Positions 1 through 8,900 of a DNA stretch of 55,446 bases are shown piece by piece. The stretch comes from Thermoplasmata archaeon M9B1D (GTDB taxonomy: Archaea; Thermoplasmatota; E2; DHVEG-1), in contig MUGC01000005.1 in the NCBI GenBank assembly GCA_002900535.1, forward strand, positions 1 to 55,446. The letters run 5' to 3'. Position 1 is the first letter of the stretch, and every line of letters begins with the position of its first letter. A program made the position numbers and the translations under genes. The notes under the pieces were generated by a model, which worked only from the letters and a program-made list of their open reading frames with translations, was not told where the DNA came from and ran no database searches.

Positions 1-302
1 CCATGGCCTTTTTCCCTTAACTTTTCAGCAATCCACCACTCAATATACTCAGCTTGTTTACGTTTGGCAATTGGATTAAATCTGGTAAAAATCTGTGGCA
101 CAAGTCTAAGACCATATTTTTTAGCAAATCTATTTGATTTATAACCCATTTTATGTTGCTTAAACCTAGTAGATGGATCATGAGTTGTTTGTCCAACATA
201 ATAACAAGCTTTTCTATTATCCATATGAGGATTTTTTTCTCTGAATTTTTTTGAACTCAATACTTCTTTATCAAGTTCTATTACGTAAACATTGTAGACC
301 AT
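1..302 (-). CDS. GIY-YIG-like small conserved protein, N-terminal ~100 codons (3' end runs off the window)
   Basis: Absent from the supplied ORF track because there is no stop inside the window. The reverse complement from 302 reads ATG then MVYNVYVIELDKEVLSSKKFREKNPHMDNRKACYYVGQTTHDPSTRFKQHKMGYKSNRFAKKYGLRLVPQIFTRFNPIAKRKQAEYIEWWIAEKLREKGHG with no stop. The VYVIEL..YVGQT..R..QH pattern resembles GIY-YIG/URI-type cores. The listed 17..199 ORF is an out-of-frame shadow of this ORF. Confidence 0.5.
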   Translation of the reverse strand, partial: MVYNVYVIELDKEVLSSKKFREKNPHMDNRKACYYVGQTTHDPSTRFKQHKMGYKSNRFAKKYGLRLVPQIFTRFNPIAKRKQAEYIEWWIAEKLREKGH

Positions 303-622
303 ATTCTCCTCACAATTACATTTTAGATAAGAATAAAAAATTTGCTAGTTATGATATCTACTCAATTCTTTCTAGCTCATATATTACTGGATTTTTTCCA
401 TCTGGACATGCATTTGTTGGATTTTCACTTTCTTTTAACCTGGGAAAACTAGCCCCATACATTATTGCGAATGCTTTAGGGATAATACTATAATTAGCAT
501 GAATACAAACATCTCCTTTAATATCATTTGTTAGAAAAGACACATAAGTATTATCAAATCTATAAATATATTAGAGCAAAGCCTATACACAATACAACAC
601 CAATATATCTTAAGGGGAAATA

Positions 623-1882
623 ATGAAAATCGATATACCTTATGGTAAAGAAAAAATTAAAGTCAACATTTCTGAGCCTTACGAAATCCTTGTTCCCAAT
701 AAAGTATCAGTCGAAAGCGAAGATAAATTAATTGAAAAAGCCTTAGAAAAACCAATTGGTTTTGAATCTTACGACGAATTTGCAGAAAAAGCTAATAGAT
801 TACTTGTTATCATTAATGATGCAACTAGACCAACTCCCACTTCTAAAATACTTAAGTACCTTCTTCCAGTTCTTTCATCACATCCAGATGTAAAATTCCT
901 TGTAGCCACTGGTGTGCATCGTGCTCCAACTGAAGAAGAATACAGATTTATTTTTGGAGAAACCTACGAAGTTTTTAGAAGAAGAACTTATGCTCATGAT
1001 GCCCGTAAAGATAAAGACATGGTTTATCTTGGTAAATCAAAAAATGGAACTGAAATGTATATCAATAAACTGGTCCCAGAGTATAGAAACATCCTTGTCA
1101 TTGGAAGCGTTGAACCACATTATTTTGCAGGTTACACAGGTGGACGTAAATCATTTTTGCCAGGTGTTGCATCATATAAAACCATTGAGATGAACCATAA
1201 ACTCGCCCTAAGCGATGAAGCATGTTCTTTAGCTCTAAAAGGCAATCCAGTTAATGAGGATATGGTTGACGCAATGAACGTCTTGAAGGATCTAAATATC
1301 TTCTCAATACAAACAGTTCTTACTGGTGATCATAAATTATATGCTGTCACTGCAGGTGATCTCCATAAATCATTTGATGCAGCGATTGAATTATCAAATC
1401 AGATTTTCTGCGTTCCTTTAATAGAAAAAGGAAATATCGTAGTTTCAGTCGCGCCATATCCTATGGATATTGATTTATACCAGTCACAAAAAGCGCTTGA
1501 CAACGGCAAACTTGCAATTAAAGACGGAGGCGTTATTATCGTTGTTTCGAAATGTCGCGATGGCGTTGGTGAAGATCAGTTTTTAAAGCTTTTATGTAAA
1601 GCAAAAAGCCCCAAGGAAGTCTTTGACATCTTAGATGTTGAATACAAACTAGGGTATCATAAAGCAGCAAAAATGGCACAAGTTGGTATACGTGCTGAGA
1701 TTTGGGGAGTTACAGACCTTGATGATGAAACCATGAAAAAAGCAATGCTCAAACCATATCGAAGTATTCAAAAAGCAGTTTATGATGCGATTAATTTTAT
1801 TAAATTAAAAGGTAAAAAACCAAAAATAATTATAATGCCTGCAGGAAGCCTTACAATCCCAATTTATAAAGGAGAAAAATAA
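623..1882 (+). CDS. larA: LarA-family (nickel-pincer cofactor dependent) 2-hydroxyacid racemase/epimerase
   Basis: 419 aa. It has the N-terminal IPYGKE..I.V.I fold signature and the motif VEPHYFAGYTGGRKSFLPGV, which holds the His and the cofactor-tethering Lys of lactate racemase. Its stop directly abuts the next ATG (TAAATG). Confidence 0.75.
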   Translation: MKIDIPYGKEKIKVNISEPYEILVPNKVSVESEDKLIEKALEKPIGFESYDEFAEKANRLLVIINDATRPTPTSKILKYLLPVLSSHPDVKFLVATGVHRAPTEEEYRFIFGETYEVFRRRTYAHDARKDKDMVYLGKSKNGTEMYINKLVPEYRNILVIGSVEPHYFAGYTGGRKSFLPGVASYKTIEMNHKLALSDEACSLALKGNPVNEDMVDAMNVLKDLNIFSIQTVLTGDHKLYAVTAGDLHKSFDAAIELSNQIFCVPLIEKGNIVVSVAPYPMDIDLYQSQKALDNGKLAIKDGGVIIVVSKCRDGVGEDQFLKLLCKAKSPKEVFDILDVEYKLGYHKAAKMAQVGIRAEIWGVTDLDDETMKKAMLKPYRSIQKAVYDAINFIKLKGKKPKIIIMPAGSLTIPIYKGEK

Positions 1883-3088
1883 ATGGATTTTAGTTGGACA
1901 ACCGAACAAGAATTATGGAGAAAAACAGTAAGAGAATTCGCTCAAAAGAAGATTAAGCCAAAAGTAAGAGAGATAGATACAAACAAAAAGATTCCAGAAG
2001 AAATAATCAAAGAAATGGGAAGACTAGGATTGCTAGCGCCAACTGTATCATCAGAATATGGCGGAGCAGATTTAGACTGGACAATGGCGGCAATCGCTGC
2101 AGAAGAAATAGGAAGAGCTGATATAAGCCTAGCAATACCAGTTCTATACCTTGTTGAGTCTTCATGGGGATTTATTCTAGATCGATATGGAACAAAAGAA
2201 GTAAAAGAGGAATTCCTACCAAAAATAACTAAGGGTGAAGCTTTCTGCGGAATAGCGGTAACAGAACCAGAAGGAGGTTCTGATATTTTAGGCGCTGGTA
2301 AAACCAAAGCAGAGAAAAAAAGTAAAAACTGGGTCTTGAACGGTGAGAAAATATTTATAAGCGGTGTCAAAGAATCCAGCAAATGGGGTGGTATTCATTT
2401 AACACTTGTCCGAACTGACCCTAAAGCTGGACATAAAGGTTTTAGTTTTTTCGCCGTCCCACTTAAGAATAATAAAAATATTGAAACTACTCTGTTTGAA
2501 GACATGGGACGCATGGGTATCTCTACAGGTGGTTTCACAATGAATAATTTAGAACTATCTCAAGAATATATGATTGGTGAAGAAAATCGTGGTTTCTACT
2601 ATACAATGGAAGGTTTCTCAGCTGCTCGGATGCTAATCGGTGCAACATGTGTAGGAGCATCAGAGACGGCACTTGAACTAGGTATTGAACATATAAAAAA
2701 CAGAAAAGCATTTGGTAGAGCAATAGGAAGTTTTGAAGGCATACAGTTCCCACTAGCAGAACATTATACAAACATTGAAAGTGTTAAATTATTGACGTAC
2801 AAAGCTGCATGGATCATGGATAAAAAGTACAAAGAAGGAAAGTTTTCACATAAAGATATATCACTTGCAGCTGCTATGAGTAAGCTCCGCGCACCTGTTT
2901 ATGGCTTCCAACTTATGAATGATGTAGCAGACTGGTTTGGAGCAATTGGTTATACAAAAGAATATCCAATTGAGATGGGCATACGTGGTATTAGATCATA
3001 TTCAATTGGTGCTGAAGGTACAATGAACGTTATGAAAATTATCATTGGCCGAGAGCTGTTAGGAAAAGATTTTCTACCGTACAAATAA
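1883..3088 (+). CDS. acyl-CoA dehydrogenase family flavoprotein
   Basis: 401 aa. Motifs seen: GIAVTEPEGGSD (TEPxxGSD), the C-terminal IGAEGTMNVMKIIIGRELL, and an overall ACAD three-domain length. Confidence 0.85.
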   Translation: MDFSWTTEQELWRKTVREFAQKKIKPKVREIDTNKKIPEEIIKEMGRLGLLAPTVSSEYGGADLDWTMAAIAAEEIGRADISLAIPVLYLVESSWGFILDRYGTKEVKEEFLPKITKGEAFCGIAVTEPEGGSDILGAGKTKAEKKSKNWVLNGEKIFISGVKESSKWGGIHLTLVRTDPKAGHKGFSFFAVPLKNNKNIETTLFEDMGRMGISTGGFTMNNLELSQEYMIGEENRGFYYTMEGFSAARMLIGATCVGASETALELGIEHIKNRKAFGRAIGSFEGIQFPLAEHYTNIESVKLLTYKAAWIMDKKYKEGKFSHKDISLAAAMSKLRAPVYGFQLMNDVADWFGAIGYTKEYPIEMGIRGIRSYSIGAEGTMNVMKIIIGRELLGKDFLPYK

Positions 3089-3094
3089 AATAAT

Positions 3095-4987
3095 TTAAAT
3101 TAGATTATATGGAGAGATGTAATCTCCATATCTATTTTGTGCTTCTAACAATCGCTCTTTTTGTTCTTTCAAGACATCAAATAATATTTCTGGTGTATCT
3201 TTAACTCTGGTGCTAAATATATCAAACATTCGCTCAATTTTTGATAGATTTTCAGGAGTTCTGATTGAAAATTGTGTGATATAATCCTCTTTTGTGTAAG
3301 TCTTTTTTAAAACTTGTTCGAACAATGTTTGTAAATCCTCATATTTTGGAATAAAACCTGTCGGAGTTTTAAGTGAGCCGACATTATTATTTGCTCTTAG
3401 TTCCATCCATTTTAGCCAAATCGCCTTATCGTTTTTATGGTTCAACCAGTTTCCATATCTATCTCTTAAAAAATAGTTAACCGAGAATATTTTAGGAGGG
3501 TTTTTTACGTTTTTTCCGAACTTCAAATTATCCTTTATGTATTTTCCAATTGGTATAGATAGAAAATCAATGTTTGACATTGGATTAAACACTCTAACAC
3601 CTTCTTTACCTAAAGTTGCAGCTGTGGTTTCAGATTCAAGACATGCCCCTATGGTTATAATTCCATGAGTCCAATCAAAGGCTTCTTGAACTGGTACAGA
3701 AGTATCTGAATCACGACCACCATAAATTATTCCGCTTATTTCCACACCCTTAGGATCATGTAATTTTTCATCTGCATTATTCAGGATATCCATTATAAAA
3801 GTAAAACGGGCGTTCTTGTGTGAAGCATTAATTACTTTCCCATCTTTGTCTTTTTTACCGTCATACCATTCGCCAGAGTGATTAAAACCTTTTTTTGGTT
3901 TTTGACCTGGTTTTCCATTCCAATAAACCTTGCCTTTATCATAGTATAGTTGGTTTGTGAAAATTATTTCTACCGGTTTATGAAGAGCATTCCACTGCAA
4001 TGGATCATCTTTATCATTAATGCCTTCTATAATACCAAATATTCCCGATTCAACATTAACTGCCCGTACTTTTCCACCAATATTATGTATGTAAGCAATG
4101 TCATCACCAACTATTGTTTCGCCTTTTACCATTGCAGTAGATGTTTTACCACACATTGAAGGAAAAGCGCCTGTGAAATAACTTTTACGATTGTTTGGTC
4201 CATGTATTCCCATAACAAGCATGTGTTCTGTTAACCAACCCTCCTTTGATGCACGGTTAATTGCCAAACGCATTGCTAATTTTTTTAGACCAATTGTGTT
4301 ACCACCATATTGAGTGTTAACACTGTAAATAACTTCATCTTCCAAATCAATGTAAACTCGTCTTTTATGAATATTCCTACTTACTAAAAGCCCAAGACTT
4401 GCTTCTTCTAACTCACCTTGTGAATGAACGAATTTGAAAAAATTTGCATTTTTTCCTAGCCTTAAAAAATCTTGATAACCCTGCCTGTAAAGTAAATCTT
4501 CGCTATGTGCAACATATGCAGAATCTGTTAATTGAATACATAGAATTGAAAATTTTGAATTTTTAGGACCCAAACAGAAAAATTTTACAAAAAGCTCATG
4601 GTCTTTCATGATGTTTTTTAGAATTCCAAATATTTCCTTAAGCCCCTTATCTCTGTTCATAGTATTTAATTCAGGTCCAAGATATTTACCTTGTGGGAGG
4701 AGAAACTTTGTTCTTATCTTATCACGGGCTTGATCATAATAGTTATCGTAATGAATTGTATGCCCTCCAATAGCCAATTTTGTTTCCTCATGATTCTTAA
4801 CTGCTGCCTCACGGGTATATTTGATATCCTCACTGCTATCGTCACATACTGTAACCTTTGAAGGATTACAAATATCAATATACTGTGCGATAAAAGAGTG
4901 TACTGTTTGATTTTTAATCCGTTCAACTTTTTGATAATCTGATTTGCTTAAACTATTTTTTAGAATCTCGAAGACTTTTTTACTCAT
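3095..4987 (-). CDS. pckG: phosphoenolpyruvate carboxykinase (GTP)
   Basis: 630 aa. The kinase-1a loop FPSMCGKTS (consensus FPSACGKTN), YFGGRDSD-like GGRDSDT, and the length are typical of GTP-PEPCK. Confidence 0.9.
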   Translation of the reverse strand: MSKKVFEILKNSLSKSDYQKVERIKNQTVHSFIAQYIDICNPSKVTVCDDSSEDIKYTREAAVKNHEETKLAIGGHTIHYDNYYDQARDKIRTKFLLPQGKYLGPELNTMNRDKGLKEIFGILKNIMKDHELFVKFFCLGPKNSKFSILCIQLTDSAYVAHSEDLLYRQGYQDFLRLGKNANFFKFVHSQGELEEASLGLLVSRNIHKRRVYIDLEDEVIYSVNTQYGGNTIGLKKLAMRLAINRASKEGWLTEHMLVMGIHGPNNRKSYFTGAFPSMCGKTSTAMVKGETIVGDDIAYIHNIGGKVRAVNVESGIFGIIEGINDKDDPLQWNALHKPVEIIFTNQLYYDKGKVYWNGKPGQKPKKGFNHSGEWYDGKKDKDGKVINASHKNARFTFIMDILNNADEKLHDPKGVEISGIIYGGRDSDTSVPVQEAFDWTHGIITIGACLESETTAATLGKEGVRVFNPMSNIDFLSIPIGKYIKDNLKFGKNVKNPPKIFSVNYFLRDRYGNWLNHKNDKAIWLKWMELRANNNVGSLKTPTGFIPKYEDLQTLFEQVLKKTYTKEDYITQFSIRTPENLSKIERMFDIFSTRVKDTPEILFDVLKEQKERLLEAQNRYGDYISPYNLI

Positions 4988-5135
4988 CGTAAAAATCGCC
5001 TCGGTACAGGCGTGAGGCTATAATATAAGATATATATTTAAAATAATTGAATTAAAAAAAGTGCATTTATAGTTTGTATTAAAACATATTTGGAAACGTT
5101 TATTAAATATTCTCTTTTTCATTGTCAAGATAAAA

Positions 5136-5477
5136 ATGACCGATCAACCAATATTAATGAGAAGTGGAGACGAAAAAAGTCGAACTCAGACCCCTGGGAA
5201 ACTATTTAGATTAATGATTAAATCAAAAAAGCTTGAGGCGATTATAGCTGAAATAGAACCAAATACCTCATCACGTTGGTATAAACATGACGGAGAAGAA
5301 CTTCATTATGTGCTTGAAGGCGAAATCGAATATGATGTTGGAGAAAAATCGTACAAACTTCATAAGGGAGACCTATTATGGCACAACTCAAATATTGAAC
5401 ACAGAGCTAAAAATATTAGTGATAAAAAAGCAAAATATGCAACAGTTGGAACACCACCTACATTTATGATAGAATAA
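5136..5477 (+). CDS. cupin-domain protein
   Basis: 113 aa. It has a two-motif cupin barrel pattern (HKHDGEELHYVLEGE ... GDLLWHNSNIEH). Confidence 0.55.
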   Translation: MTDQPILMRSGDEKSRTQTPGKLFRLMIKSKKLEAIIAEIEPNTSSRWYKHDGEELHYVLEGEIEYDVGEKSYKLHKGDLLWHNSNIEHRAKNISDKKAKYATVGTPPTFMIE

Positions 5478-5482
5478 AGAAA

Positions 5483-5917
5483 TTATTTTTTATTTTTCTC
5501 TGCTTTTTCTATTTCTTTTTTAAGCCATGGTCTAAGATTATCTACCTTAAACAGATTTTTTAATTCTTGTTTAAGATTTGATGGTTTTATTATTATTATC
5601 CAACCTTTATCATAGGGGCTTTTATTTAAAATAGTTGAGTTAAGCTCTAAATCTAAATTAGCCTTAATAATTACTCCAGATATAGGTGACACAAATTTAC
5701 CTATCCATTTTGATGACTGAATTCTTGCACATGTTTCACCTTGAATGACCTCATCATCTTCGAAAGGTAAATCAATATATGTAATTTCATCAGCACTTTT
5801 TAGATAAAAATCATTTATGCCAGCACGAATATTTCCATCAGACTCAATCTTTGCCCATGCATGGTCTTTATGATAGTATAAATCCTCTGGAAAATTATAC
5901 CCTTCAATTATTGTCAT
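5483..5917 (-). CDS. GcvH/LbpA-like lipoyl carrier protein
   Basis: 144 aa. It is colinear with glycine-cleavage H proteins: HAWAK..G..R.GI, and GETCARIQSSKWIGKFVSPISG aligns with [22 protein letters not shown], so the lipoyl-Lys (K70) is conserved. It is the last gene of the hdr operon, 47 nt after hdrA. Confidence 0.8.
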   Translation of the reverse strand: MTIIEGYNFPEDLYYHKDHAWAKIESDGNIRAGINDFYLKSADEITYIDLPFEDDEVIQGETCARIQSSKWIGKFVSPISGVIIKANLDLELNSTILNKSPYDKGWIIIIKPSNLKQELKNLFKVDNLRPWLKKEIEKAEKNKK

Positions 5918-5964
5918 ATGTTATCCTTCCCTTATTTTCTCTAATATTATTTGTTTTTTAAATT

Positions 5965-8900
5965 TTATTTTACTGCTGCATGAATCATTGATGAAATTTG
6001 TTCTCTTTTGAATCCTTTTTGGTCGATAGCATCACAGGGACATGCAACTACACAATTTCCACATCCTTTACATGCTCCTTCAATGATATGGAAAACTCTA
6101 ATTTTTTTACCATTTTTTAGTTTTGTTGTTAATTCTATTGCTTTATATGGGCATGTAGTTAAGCATATACCACACCCACTGCATAAATCCTCATTTATAC
6201 TAGCAATTGGAATATCAATGTAATATTTATTATTTGAAATAATTGTTAATGCTCGAGACACTGCACCATATGACTGAGTTAAAGTTTCACTAATTGATTT
6301 CGGTGAATGTGCTAAACCTGCAAGGAATATACCATCGGTTGCAAAATCAACAGGTCGTAGTTTTACATGAGCCTCTAAAAAGAAATTATCTTCATTTAAC
6401 GGTACCTTCAATTTTTTTGCGAGTTTAACATTATCTTTTAATGGAATGATTGCTGGGCTTAAAACAAGGTAGTCCGCATGTATATTCATTATTTCATTAA
6501 TTATGGGTTCTCTTACAGTAATTTCAAGATCTTTTTTACCTTTTCTAACCTTTGGTTTCTGCTCTTTATTGTATCTTATAAAAATAATTCCTCTTTCTCG
6601 TGCTTTTTCATAATATGTTTCTTTAAATGAATATGTTCTAATATCCCGATATAAGATGAAGATTTCTGCATTAGGATGTAATTCTTTTATTTTCAAAGCG
6701 TTTTTTATGGCATCATTACAACATATTCTACTACAGTATGGTCTTTGATTTTCACGTGATCCTACGCATTGTATCATAACAATAGTTTTTTTATTGAAAT
6801 TATGGTCTCTTACAAGTTTTTTCTCAAGTTCAAGCTGAGTCATTATTCGTTTATCTTCACCATAAAAATACTCATTTGGTTTATATTCTTCAGCGCCTGT
6901 AGCAACAATAATAACGCCATGTTTAACGTTTAGTTTTGCGTTAATATTTTTTAATGTAGTAGAATAACTTCCAACGTAACCTTCGACTCTGTCAATCTTT
7001 GCTTTTTTATAAATTTTAATTTTTGGATGTTTCTCAACTTTTTCTATAATTGATTTCATGAATGCTTGAACATCTTTGTTTTCTAGGGTATAAAAAATTT
7101 TTTTAAGGTTTCCGCCTAGTTCTTTTTCTTTTTCAACTAAAAAGACTTCAAATCCTTGATCTGCAATTGCAAGGGCAGATGTCATCCCTGCCAGTCCCCC
7201 ACCTATAACTAGAGCTTTTTGTATGACATCCAATTGAATAGTTGAAATAGGTTCAAGGCTTAATGCTTTTGAAACAGCCATTCTGATAAGATCCTTTGAC
7301 TTCTGTGTTGCAGCCATAGGGTTATTCATGTGCACCCAAGAACATTGATCACGAATATTAGCCATCTCAAAAAGATGAGGATTTAAACCAGCTTCTTGAA
7401 TAGTAATCTGAAATAAAGATTCGTGTGTTCTTGGAGTGCAAGACGCAACAACTACTCGATTTAACTTTTTTTCTTTGATTTTTTCTATAATTTTTATTTG
7501 AGTGTCATCAGAGCAAGAATAAAGATCCTCTTGAGCATATACAACGTTAGATAGTGTTTCTGCATATTTTACTAATGAAGATACATCGACATAGCCGCCG
7601 ATGTTAATACCGCAACGACAAATAAAAACACCAATTCGTGGAGTTTTATTTTTAACATCGATTTCCTTTGGATACGCACTTTTCTCAATTAAAGTGTTTC
7701 TCTTAGAAGCTATTATGCTACCAGCCTTTGCAGCTGCCGCTGAACCCTCTGTAACTGTTTCAGGGATATCTTTCGGTCCAGAAAAAGAACCACAAACAAA
7801 TATACCGTTTCTTGTAGTATCTATAGGATTAAATTCAGTGGTATTACAAAAACCAAAATCGTTTAGACTTACACCTATTTTATTTGCAATTTCTTTCATT
7901 TTTTTATTAGCAGTAATCCCAACTGAGAGTATGACCATATCAAATTTTTCTTCTTTTAGCCAACCATCCTCAGTCTCATATTTTATCAAAAGGTCTCTAG
8001 TTTTTGACTCTTCATTAATACAAGATATTCTACATCTTATAAATCTGACATTGTAATCTTTTTTTGCTCTGTTATAATATCTTTCGAATCCCTTGCTAAA
8101 AGTCCTCATATCAATAAAGAAGATAGTAGGTTCTATTTTTGGAGTATGCTCTTTAGACATTACCGCCTGCTTAATAGCATATATACAACATACAGATGAA
8201 CAATAGTTGTTACCAAAAACATTATCACGTGAACCTACACATTGAATCCAGGCAATTTTTTTCGGTTCTTTTTCATCAGATGGGCGTACTACACGACCTT
8301 GATATGGGCCAGATGCTGAAAGCATATATTCAAATTCTAATGCATTTAAAACATTTGGAAAACGTTCATAACCATATTCGCTTCTCAGTCTAGCATCAAA
8401 AAGATCATAACCAGTTGCAAGTACAATTGAGCCAACGTTTAACTCAAGTATTTTTTCGTTCATTTCGTGATTGATTGCCTCTGCTTCACAAACCTTTGAG
8501 CACTGCATACACTCTGAACAAATAGAACATGAAAGACACCTCTTTGCTTCCTTTACTGCTTCCTCTTCTGTATAACCAAGGTCAATTTCTCTAAAATCTT
8601 TAATACGTTTTTCAACTAGGAGTTTTTTCATTTGTACCCGTGGTTGATCTTTTCTTCTTTCTCTTAGTTCTTTGATTGTGTTTTCTTTTTTTCCACGCCC
8701 CTTTCGTAAATCCTGGTTTTTTATGTACCTATCAATTGATATCGCACCTTCAATACCATGCCCAATTGCCTCAACAACAGAAGCAGGACCAAAAACAACA
8801 TCCCCACCTGCAAATACACCGGGTATATTGGTTTCAAGTGTGACTTCATCTGCTTTTATAGTTTTTCTTTCAGTTAGCTCTAGTTTTTCAAAACCAGTTA

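Noticed and set aside
251-543. ORFs 251..493 (+) and 358..543 (-) in the larA upstream region.
   Set aside because: They overlap each other and have no motifs. They lie in the divergent promoter spacer. The real coding sequence at this end is 1..302 in another frame.
4990-5012. A GC-rich hairpin (GCCTC-N11-GAGGC) immediately upstream of the pckG start codon.
   Set aside because: The stem is short (5 bp) and I could assess no conservation. It may just be leader structure and is not enough to call a riboswitch or attenuator.
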